From Fibrobacterota bacterium (GTDB lineage Bacteria > Fibrobacterota > OXYB2-FULL-49-7 > JAEUSG01), in assembly GCA_016788315.1 (NCBI GenBank), contig JAEUSG010000385.1, positions 1-29,832 on the forward strand: a stretch of 29,832 bases of DNA, given 5' to 3'. Numbering within the stretch: position 1 is the first letter of the stretch; the number at the start of each line of letters is the position of its first letter. Shown piece by piece: positions 18,601 through 25,177 of the stretch. The position numbers and the translations under genes are program-made. The notes under the pieces are model-generated. The model did no database searches. It had not been told where the DNA came from and saw only the letters and a list, made by a program, of their open reading frames with translations.

Positions 18601-20230
18601 AACTTCAATGTCGCCTTTAACAGATTTTAGAGGAAGTCCTCGTGTATTGTCAAATTCTTTGGATATCGGTGCCTTTGAACTTTTCGATCTTAGAATGGGC
18701 TTCAATCTTCTAGCTAAAAGAGCGGCAGAAGGCTGTGCCTTTGTCCGGTACACTCTTACTGCACCCGATTCAGGATCCTTTACACAGGTGCAGATGGTTT
18801 TAAAGAAAGATGGTGCTGCTTTTACATCCGGAAAAACAATGCTGGAACAGATGAGTAACAGTACTGTTGTCACCTGGTATCCTCTTGTTCAAGGTTCCTA
18901 TCAATTTGATTTCTCTACAAGATATACATCAACAATGTTTGATACCACATTTACATTAAGCGATACTTTTTCAGTGCAGAACGATGCTTATGTTGTTAAA
19001 GGCGGCCTGTGGAACATGGTTGGTTATGCCGATGCATCGAATACAAAAGTAAAACAGGAGAGCGCAATATCCGCTCTCTCTGATTCCTCTCTTTACGTTT
19101 GGGATCAGACGACAACCTCATACTCCCTTCTTTCATCACAGCCAGATACTTTAGTGCACCGGGGCAGCAGCTATTGGAATATGCCAGATTCAGATGTGAC
19201 TATATCATGGGCACCTGAGGTTTACAGTGCACCGGACACATCCGATTTTATACTCAACCTTAAAGCCGGCTGGAATCTTGTAAGTTCTCCTTTTCCATTT
19301 GCCGTAGCAGTTCCAGGAAAGAAGTTCTGGCACTACGATAACATTTTGGCAGACTACAGAGGATACGATCTTCTGCGTCCCCTTGCCGGAAGCTGGATTC
19401 TTGCAGACAGCAACACTGCAATAACAGTCAAATACAAACCGGGATTCGGAGATACAGCTTTTGCAGCAAAGATTTCGGGAGTTCAGTACAGGAGTTCCTC
19501 CGATTGGTCTATTGCTTTGTTGGCAAATGTAGCTGGTAAAAATCTGGAAGGAAGAATTGCAGGTGTTTCATCTGAAGCAAAAGGATTGCTGGAACCTCTT
19601 CCTCCAATCGGTCCATCAGGTGTTTCTGTCTGGTTCCAGAACGGGAAAGCAGCTGGAGTAAATGCGAAGCTCTTTAAAGAATTGAAAAAGCCTGATAACG
19701 AAAACTATGAATGGATTTTTGTTGTAGAGCCTTCTGGAAGAAAAGGAGAGGTTACAATCAGCGGTGATGGAATAAAGGAACTGGAAGCATTCAAATACGT
19801 TTATGTGGGCAGTCCATCTACAGGCTTTACAGATATAAAGCAGGGTTCTCATACATTTAATTCCGATGGAAAAAGAACAGCTCTTGCACTTATAGTAACA
19901 AATGACAAAGGGATAATGGACAGATATACAGCGGACTTCTCTCTAGCTCAGAATACGCCCAACCCCTTTAACCCTATAACATCAATCTCTTTCTTTGTGC
20001 CGATGTCCTGGGATACAAAAGAGGGTTTCATTTCAAAGGAAAGAACGGTAGAGCTCTCTATTTATGATATAAGAGGAAAGAGAGTTGCTACTCTTTCGAG
20101 AGGTCAATTAGCCGGCGGGAAAATGTATACCGTCAACTACGATGCTAAAAACAGCCCTTCAGGAGTATATTTCTGCAAGCTCGTTTCCGGTAAATATGAA
20201 AGCACCAGAAAGATGCTTCTTGTAAGGTAA
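12665..20230 (+). CDS. Giant (~2521 aa) secreted modular protein with a T9SS C-terminal sorting domain. It has a signal peptide, a ~450-aa N-terminal region, five tandem ~180-aa modules (each a Cys-containing subdomain plus an FN3-like domain), a Gly linker, a right-handed parallel beta-helix (pectate-lyase-like) region and the CTD.
   Basis: It uses a TTG start with a strong GGAGGGAGA Shine-Dalgarno sequence 6-8 nt upstream. The signal peptide is MKKLGFLLFFAVFCYSADS. Tandem modules are marked by (W/Y/F)CG(S/T/N) plus IRGP plus W..G......Y.L.RDG motifs. PbH1-like repeats are present (NNTVVSAVYG..., NNIFRNCKAGF...). The C-terminus (NPFNPITSISF...ELSIYDIRGKRV...SGVYFCKL...TRKMLLVR) fits the T9SS type-A CTD pattern. 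Confidence 0.8.
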   Translation: MKKLGFLLFFAVFCYSADSTHVFWNKCVTNGYSVSSNPGPNLPSVSVKHEGMVATGSYDVSGNFVNTEFSLGSGHYDNRGKSSFVWFKDLNHLQGTVTTAKLRGEYKDGFSDTALCSNGPISLRVGIVDFSQNLNMMGGESGVPENAVWQDYDNRLQYDMSYSNGFTGLMAEDSVNISALSGRSGRFIRSVLDKQFFEIDVTKQINWILSHTGSNKGGFSGQYAIVLLSPVGKGSTGRVTLYSTEDGILGPSEEGSDSAWTSDGNTIHLVASGNLIPAAPDTLPGFIFDVWNDADSAAVTVGLNNFKKTVDSIFVYRDSILIHQQKNEFYRIWDVNTSIYKNAFYTLAIKYTDASTDTFFKYYRAYIPSFNGWFRNDIRRIVIDWGFSGARTDSYELFRDGVKLGSFPDSVRSFTDNGADPYQDHRYKMVFHFVNNGRTDSIFYNYQAAMAPEPELWCGNTSLLQTMMSGKGVVYKQRYSTHHRNVTSVSLPFTIPSFEGGIYITGNIDSIGFDTLVAIAAYDTCSHLPIYKSGQDNIVFAALDDISWLRGPTMWTWFNHASKLPFVNWNNVHKPVKFYTIYRDGVYAGTPSINDMQYADTTADIYTDHNYQMIITYQDFSTDTLNALYSRQTPPQPQPYCGSPSVAGNVISTKGLLCRIGGDSLFRQVTNPGVPFPAPKSPMHTLVVGKVDSITDTLVILGKGDSCGSLFLSNGKAVAAKLNEYNYIRGVQFWAYYDNWPKKVRVDWTGIGKSVNYYEILRNSVRVATFPGVNGTGWIDTAVSPYANYTYRLRVFFMDSTADSADADYKAVAIPPPAPFCGTRTEAQNSVNSRGITCISNHDSLLQNVSIAGPVFPAPKSPSNYLIPGKIGTASDTFVILGSGDSCGKLHFAKDSKQAVARLNEYSYIRGPTLNVWYHDGMQVVKIQWNGIGGSVDYFELLRDGQTIVSNYNGTWNYDDYSADAFTNHTYLLRIFKSGVAIDSLTAGYMAKNPYQNPVVWCGSPGILQDTLSRHGSSLRVHWDTLPIPVSRVDNPFSNSKYPGAVLMLGEWFDKEKNVTVTDTMVAMGINGKCASLIMSKTSAAYFWRLKDCYMLQPPYFSAWWQQDSGFIRVEWGNFKRPVEGYVLYRDTTRIYSATGTNVWHFFDRSGVKENNYQYKILVNYQDSTSEWFYANYSNQGGNTGKEMPPIYCGTDAMLTAALAGKTVQFIVPWDSAARPFTRSSNPFLLQGTSNVWALLGKEGSNTYSDTFLALGKIGTCSDPLFSKDMKSVVFARIQEYPFIRGPRLMSWFFYDSNCVSLNWGGFQGTVTTATLFRDNQFVKSFPGSSTFYNDYMTDPSIKHLYVLIVKTGTSTDTLYSNYSKDGDGGGSGGGRDFNFDGKWGYEGSYTFNLMKMTGNKADSGKSGYVYRWGIKKESVIIDSVTRLLQTPVTFNVSFRKITDASFINLLSFSVKKADSCYGYNVKDTVFGIGIYQKRVIVVAGAEIDTIYNYFTSGVAVPVSLNNVISINLSKIASVNLGTKSTAFISNYSEDGKLLPAPSGNMLTFSHTVPNVNTIYKTISYIADGLPFGLILMASGTLEGGQKTLSAGPAKEDGYVTFDGTVRMEIEGEGIPKSASDMQQSGRQDKILFSSLRIYSGSMMDTVKLPLDSGKVTFNSGPDHAGKRISIKGIDTLLGITVDAPAGRVFHIGASDKSVVGITNGTESRYYTVAAAVMAGEKTIKLPAAEYKGMPIALYQMAGITITGEIQGEKKTLIDADGNDAGIWLKEVASIGIRGVSVRKGNVSLSANTVSGITFAQCRVTGSLNGVVIFAPEGDSFSTLSPKTKNCTIENCVADSIAGFAFLIDRPVDCRIANNTVVSAVYGAYMGRGGNSRKVSLPLTGNTASNNIFRNCKAGFVQGLDNSMDNIGFTYNANIFQSCDSGAFSSSYTTDPVFRTVRQSAPAGCIEIAANENSISASFPYIPVIGSSVHDKGLRTSMSPLTDFRGSPRVLSNSLDIGAFELFDLRMGFNLLAKRAAEGCAFVRYTLTAPDSGSFTQVQMVLKKDGAAFTSGKTMLEQMSNSTVVTWYPLVQGSYQFDFSTRYTSTMFDTTFTLSDTFSVQNDAYVVKGGLWNMVGYADASNTKVKQESAISALSDSSLYVWDQTTTSYSLLSSQPDTLVHRGSSYWNMPDSDVTISWAPEVYSAPDTSDFILNLKAGWNLVSSPFPFAVAVPGKKFWHYDNILADYRGYDLLRPLAGSWILADSNTAITVKYKPGFGDTAFAAKISGVQYRSSSDWSIALLANVAGKNLEGRIAGVSSEAKGLLEPLPPIGPSGVSVWFQNGKAAGVNAKLFKELKKPDNENYEWIFVVEPSGRKGEVTISGDGIKELEAFKYVYVGSPSTGFTDIKQGSHTFNSDGKRTALALIVTNDKGIMDRYTADFSLAQNTPNPFNPITSISFFVPMSWDTKEGFISKERTVELSIYDIRGKRVATLSRGQLAGGKMYTVNYDAKNSPSGVYFCKLVSGKYESTRKMLLVR

Positions 20231-20233
20231 GTT

Positions 20234-20269
20234 GTTGCAAGGGGCGTTCGCGAACGACCCTTGCACAAC
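20234..20269. terminator. GC-rich hairpin between the convergent genes; a likely bidirectional terminator.
   Basis: gttgcaaggggcgttcgcgaacgacccttgcacaac is a near-perfect palindrome (caaggggcgttcg / cgaacgacccttg, one mismatch) centred on cgttcgcgaacg. It lies in the 49-bp gap between the stops at 20230 and 20280. No flanking U-tract is evident, so it may act as an intrinsic terminator or simply as an RNA-stability element. Confidence 0.5.
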
Positions 20270-20279
20270 GGAGGCGGTC

Positions 20280-23078
20280 TTATCTCACAGACAAAACTCT
20301 TGCTGTAACAGATTTATTTCCGGCAGTCAGTTTATAGAAGTAAACTCCAGCTGCGCTCTTTGTTCCATCCCATGAGAATGTGTGATATCCTGCCTTGAGA
20401 GATCCTGAAGTAATCTGCTTAATAATACGGCCACTCGGATCAACAACTGTGAGTGTTACCATTTCAGCCTGGGGAAGAGATACTCCTATACGGCACATTC
20501 CGTTAAATGGATTTGGAGAAACAGAAAGGGCTAGCTGACCCTTTACTAATAGATTTCTTGATGCTTTGGTGCTCATAGAGGGAACATTATCAAGAACGAA
20601 GTTCTTTTTAAAACGGTTTATCATTATGTTGCCTGGATCGGTAGCGTAGATATAATCATCAGTCGCATTGACACAAAAAGGGTATGCCATGTAGCACTTC
20701 CCTGCAGTATTTGCAGCTCCTGCCAATTCATCAGCAACATTTGCAATGTTTCCATAAGTACCGAATCTTGCAGTTCTGTTTCCTTCATTATCAATAACGG
20801 AAATTTTCTGGAAGGGGCCGTTTGGAACATAGAGCCTTCCCCATGCGTCCATGCCGAAAGAGGCGGTCATGCAGTCGCAAATTGACATTGTGCCTCCTCC
20901 AAGCTGACCAAGATCGACATCGTAGCTTTTATCCGGGCCTGTCGGCTTTGCAGTAAAGAGTTCGCCGTCAAGCGTTCCCTTTGCATTATAACGCTGAATT
21001 GATCCTGAGCTTTTCAGGAATGAGGGGTCGCTTGTAATTACAGAGGGTAGTCCGGTACCTGTGCTTTTAATAGGCTTTCCAACGTAAAGATTACCTTTTA
21101 AGTCAAAAGAGACTCCGCCGCCGCCGACTTTGATATCATCTATAAGAATGAGCCGTCTTATTGCTGACTGCGTGTCGCTGATCGGAAAATAGCGGACGGC
21201 AGTGGGAGTTAAGCCGATATATGGAAGTGCAGTCATCGTTACGAGGTGACCGTTGGGAGCGACAGCAATTCCAAAATCTGCAGTACCTACGCTCATTGTA
21301 CCGCGTACACAGTAGGAGTCGACCACTGTGTTTGAGCCGGTCCTGCTTAAAGGAGCAGGAGTGAGGTAATTACCGTTAAATGTAAATCTGTTTACGTTTC
21401 CTTCAAAAGGTCCCCGTACGCCTATTTGACGCAGAAAGAGATTTCGTCTTAATGGATCAACAGTAAGTTCATAGCCGTTCAGAGGCGCTTTTACTCCGGT
21501 TGCAGATAGTGTTGAGCATGGCACAAAGGATGGATTACTCCAGTCGGAAATTTTATGAACCTGTGTACCGGAGGAAACTACATAAGCTGTTTCTGTCTTA
21601 GGATCAACAGAGATTCGCTTGATAGTGGGTGTTCCTGTTTGAGAAAGTTTAGCGAAAGTTTTGTATTCAGTAAACAGAGATCCATTTTCCTTAAATAGTT
21701 TGATGCCGCCCATCCGATATGCAAACCAGATAATGGTTCCTTCCAAAGATTCTGTAACTGTCAAATAACTTCGATCATACCAGCCATTCTGTAGATAGCT
21801 TTGACCTCCACCAGCAGGAGCAATACTTGTCTTAATAGACAAAGCAGTATCAGTGCGCCAATTGGCTATTTTGTACAAAAAGAGTCCGATTGAAGAATGA
21901 CGGCCCGTTGCATAAACAGCACCTGTTTCCTTGTGATATGCTATATCATCAGGATAGGAGGCTTTAAAGTTTTTTATAAGCGTTCCATTTTTATCAATAA
22001 CCATAATTCTTCCGTGAAGGCGGTCGCATGCAAAGACATATCCTGAGTCATCTATTGCTGTGCCATGAATATAAGATTGATTGGCGGAGTTGCTGGCTTT
22101 AAGAGTATCAAGACTGAAAAAAACTGTAGGTGTACGTGTAGCAATGTCAACTTTAAAAATTCTGCCTTCACGGTAGAAGCCGGTATCTGTATTGTTAGAG
22201 AGGCCGCTCATAAGAAAATAGGAGCGATCGGGAGAACCGGTAAAAAATCTCGGCTGACTGAAATATCTGAAAGGGATTGTGCCGAGGGATTTTGAAGAAG
22301 CTACTGTAGCTTCGGAGCATGTTCCATCCTCATTTATTGTCCAGATGGTGTTCTGGTATTCATGCAGAAAACCAAGCTGACCGGCAGCAGGAGACATGAG
22401 AAACTGCGGACGGCATCCAAATACGCCCATCGGTGCATTAGACATTAAAGGTCCATAGAAATCCTTTGTTTTCGGAGAGTATTCATTCGTTGATACAAGA
22501 TTCAGCCCCCATCCGAGATAATTTGATGAAGGTTTGTCTCCGGGAATTGGAAAGATGGTTTTTAAATAACTGCCTGTTGCGCTGAATTGTCGGACAACAG
22601 TTGCGGCAACACTGTTGGGCAGATAACATAGAAAGATAGATCCGTCAGAACCTTTTGAAAATCCGTAAAAACTTGTTCCGGCAACATCATTTTGACCACT
22701 CCAGTGATAAGGGTCACCTCCGACTGCTTTGTCCAGGCTGACACTCATTCCGGCACGAACACGAACGGACATGTTTTCAGGAGAGGGAACAGGATTGCGA
22801 TAATCGTCCAGACCATCCCAGATAATTGTCTGCGATAGAGATGATGGTGTAAGCGGCAGGGGAGGATTGGCTCCTAGAACACCAGCTGCAAGGTGGCGGA
22901 CACAGCTGTTTGTTGCCTTATTGACAATAGATACTTCAACATCAGTATATTCACTTACTGTGAATTCAATCTTCCAGGTTGAACCGGCATCTTTTACAAA
23001 AGTTGGAGAGGTGGTGAATTGCAGAGAGAGGGCAAAAGCTGGAAGCAGTAAAAGAAATAAGGCAGGTATTTTTCTCAT
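20280..23078 (-). CDS. Secreted ~932-aa protein with an N-terminal Ig-like/FlgD-like beta-sandwich, a predicted beta-propeller region and a T9SS C-terminal sorting domain.
   Basis: The likely start is the ATG at 23076-23078 (MRKIPALFLLLLPAFALS signal peptide), with AAGGAG 7 nt upstream. The ORF-track start at 23123 adds 15 residues that are not signal-like. The C-terminus (LSVSPNPFNGMCRIGVSL...TLTVVDPSGRII...SWDGT...AGVYFYKL...ARVLSVR) fits the T9SS CTD. Confidence 0.75.
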   Translation of the reverse strand: MRKIPALFLLLLPAFALSLQFTTSPTFVKDAGSTWKIEFTVSEYTDVEVSIVNKATNSCVRHLAAGVLGANPPLPLTPSSLSQTIIWDGLDDYRNPVPSPENMSVRVRAGMSVSLDKAVGGDPYHWSGQNDVAGTSFYGFSKGSDGSIFLCYLPNSVAATVVRQFSATGSYLKTIFPIPGDKPSSNYLGWGLNLVSTNEYSPKTKDFYGPLMSNAPMGVFGCRPQFLMSPAAGQLGFLHEYQNTIWTINEDGTCSEATVASSKSLGTIPFRYFSQPRFFTGSPDRSYFLMSGLSNNTDTGFYREGRIFKVDIATRTPTVFFSLDTLKASNSANQSYIHGTAIDDSGYVFACDRLHGRIMVIDKNGTLIKNFKASYPDDIAYHKETGAVYATGRHSSIGLFLYKIANWRTDTALSIKTSIAPAGGGQSYLQNGWYDRSYLTVTESLEGTIIWFAYRMGGIKLFKENGSLFTEYKTFAKLSQTGTPTIKRISVDPKTETAYVVSSGTQVHKISDWSNPSFVPCSTLSATGVKAPLNGYELTVDPLRRNLFLRQIGVRGPFEGNVNRFTFNGNYLTPAPLSRTGSNTVVDSYCVRGTMSVGTADFGIAVAPNGHLVTMTALPYIGLTPTAVRYFPISDTQSAIRRLILIDDIKVGGGGVSFDLKGNLYVGKPIKSTGTGLPSVITSDPSFLKSSGSIQRYNAKGTLDGELFTAKPTGPDKSYDVDLGQLGGGTMSICDCMTASFGMDAWGRLYVPNGPFQKISVIDNEGNRTARFGTYGNIANVADELAGAANTAGKCYMAYPFCVNATDDYIYATDPGNIMINRFKKNFVLDNVPSMSTKASRNLLVKGQLALSVSPNPFNGMCRIGVSLPQAEMVTLTVVDPSGRIIKQITSGSLKAGYHTFSWDGTKSAAGVYFYKLTAGNKSVTARVLSVR

Positions 23079-23221
23079 AAAAACGCTCCTTGAAAGAATT
23101 GCCGGAAAAATCGTACAATACAACTGTTATATGATTTTAAGTTAAACTAAAAGAACTTAAAATTCCTGTAAAATACGAACCAAAACATGTAAGAAAAGTA
23201 CAAAATGGTTTTATCTATTAA

Positions 23222-24535
23222 TCAGAGAGTGCAGTACTCTGAAAACTCTATCCATTTTGCTCCGAGCTTAGATTCAGGTGTTGTTCCGAATGGATACTCA
23301 AATGAATAACCCTTATCCAGAACATCGTCAAGAATGGTCCAGGCTGTTTCAGTTTCTTCAGCTCCCACAAAAAGGGTACGATCTCCGGAAACGGCATCTA
23401 ACAGCAGTTTTTCATATGCGTCAGGCCACTCATGTTTAAAAGCATCGTGATAGCATAAATTCATAGCTGTGCTTTCAATGATCTCGTCAGATCCCGGTAC
23501 TCTTGTTGCAAGCCCAAGAATAATACCAGCTTGAGGCTGTATCTTTACAATGATAAAATTAGCAGGAAGATCTTTTTTTGATGCAAATGGTCCTTTGTTT
23601 ATTGGCCGGAATGTGATCCCTATATCTGTTCCTGATTTACTGCATCCCTTTGCAGCACGGATATAAACAGGGCACCCTTTAAATCGCGGATTGTTAATAG
23701 ACAATTCCAATTCGGCGTATGTTTCAGTAGTCGATCCAGATCGTATGCCGGGTTCATTTTTGTAGCCGCTGTATTGGCCGCATATGCATCTTTCAACTTT
23801 AAGAGATCTTAACAAATTGATTTTAGAAGCGCGGATAGTTTCAGCATTAAGATTTTCAGGCGGTTCCATCGCTGTAAGAGAAAGCATCTGAAATAGATGG
23901 TTCTGAACCATATCACGGATGATACCGGAATTATCAAAATAGGCTGCTCTTGATTCAACACCGAGAGTTTCAAGAGATGATATTTGTATGGAGTCAATTT
24001 CAGAGCTGTTCCAGATGTCAGAAAAGAGGGGATTTGCAAATCGTAAAGTGAGAAGGTTTCTGACAGCCTCTTTTGCCAGGTAATGATCTATTCTGAAAAT
24101 CTGTTCTTCAGGGAATTCCTTAACAAGGGCATCATTCAGCTCTCTTGCAGAGGCAGCATTAATACCGAAAGGTTTTTCGATGATTAGTATAGCCTCCTTC
24201 CCGAAACCTTCCGCCTTTATCTGCCGGGCGGTGGTTACGTAAGCGGAGGGAGGAAGAGCACAGAAAAAGATAATCCGGCTGAATGAACCTTTACATTTTA
24301 ATAATTCATGTAGGCCGTTAATACCTGCATGATAGGTTATATCAATAGGATAATCAGAGCTTAATTTTGCATGTCTCTTAAAGTCATCTGTTGTCATGAA
24401 ATTGCGGCCGGATGCAATTAATGTGCAGTCGGAAGGAAGCTGTTTATTATTGTACAGTTTTTTCAATCCAGGCAGAAGTTTACGCCGCGCTAAATCGCCG
24501 GTTGCCCCAAGAATTACTATGGCACATCGTTTCAT
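23222..24535 (-). CDS. zwf: Glucose-6-phosphate 1-dehydrogenase.
   Basis: The N-terminal NADP motif ILGATGDLARRKL and the G6PD signature RIDHYLAKE are present. It lies immediately downstream of pgl. Confidence 0.85.
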   Translation of the reverse strand: MKRCAIVILGATGDLARRKLLPGLKKLYNNKQLPSDCTLIASGRNFMTTDDFKRHAKLSSDYPIDITYHAGINGLHELLKCKGSFSRIIFFCALPPSAYVTTARQIKAEGFGKEAILIIEKPFGINAASARELNDALVKEFPEEQIFRIDHYLAKEAVRNLLTLRFANPLFSDIWNSSEIDSIQISSLETLGVESRAAYFDNSGIIRDMVQNHLFQMLSLTAMEPPENLNAETIRASKINLLRSLKVERCICGQYSGYKNEPGIRSGSTTETYAELELSINNPRFKGCPVYIRAAKGCSKSGTDIGITFRPINKGPFASKKDLPANFIIVKIQPQAGIILGLATRVPGSDEIIESTAMNLCYHDAFKHEWPDAYEKLLLDAVSGDRTLFVGAEETETAWTILDDVLDKGYSFEYPFGTTPESKLGAKWIEFSEYCTL

Positions 24536-24536
24536 G

Positions 24537-25172
24537 TTATATCAATCCCTTTTCAACTATGAATGTGGTAGATGAACGAGACACTAATATAGGTAAAAGA
24601 GGAGAGTCTCCCTTCGATTTAATGATAGAGGACAAAACATCTCTTTTGCTGTTTCCGGTAACAACCACAACCAATTCGCGTGCCGCTTTTAAAACACCCG
24701 GAGAGAGAGAAATTCTTTTATGAGGGTGATTGGGACTTGAAGTTTCAAGCGCTGAAGGGAAATCAGAATATCTTACATTAGGAAAAAGTGATGCAGTATG
24801 ACCATCTGTTCCTAGTCCCAAATAGATAACATCAAAGATAGGTTTTTCTGATCTGAAATCTTTTTCTAAAAGTTTCTGATAGTCACTTGCAGTCTGAGAG
24901 AAATGAGAAAGAGAGTTATCATCAGCAATTTTTTGCAGAAGCAGTTTGTTAAGTTTACCCCAGTTTGAATCAGGGTGTGTTATCGGAACTATTCGTTCAT
25001 CTGCTGGATAAAATTTCAGATTCAGATTTTTACATTTTGAAATCCACGATGGATAGATCTGCTCATATGTTGAACCCATTGACAGGGCAATACGCATATC
25101 AGCTTTAAGAAAAGAAGCTGCGGAATCTGCAATTGTTCGGATACTGCTCTGTTCAATTAAGTTTAAATTCAT
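24537..25172 (-). CDS. pgl: 6-phosphogluconolactonase.
   Basis: The product belongs to the NagB/RpiA/Pgl family and has the GLGTDGHTASLFP motif. It is adjacent to zwf, as in many pgl-zwf operons. Confidence 0.8.
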   Translation of the reverse strand: MNLNLIEQSSIRTIADSAASFLKADMRIALSMGSTYEQIYPSWISKCKNLNLKFYPADERIVPITHPDSNWGKLNKLLLQKIADDNSLSHFSQTASDYQKLLEKDFRSEKPIFDVIYLGLGTDGHTASLFPNVRYSDFPSALETSSPNHPHKRISLSPGVLKAARELVVVVTGNSKRDVLSSIIKSKGDSPLLPILVSRSSTTFIVEKGLI

Positions 25173-25177
25173 ACATC

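Noticed and set aside
23124-23221. Search for a sigma-54 (-24/-12) promoter or tRNA upstream of the 947-aa gene and in other intergenic gaps (12509-12664, 27266-27398).
   Set aside because: I found no TGGCAC-N5-TTGC match and no tRNA-like cloverleaf signatures such as a GTTCGAATC T-arm in these spacers.
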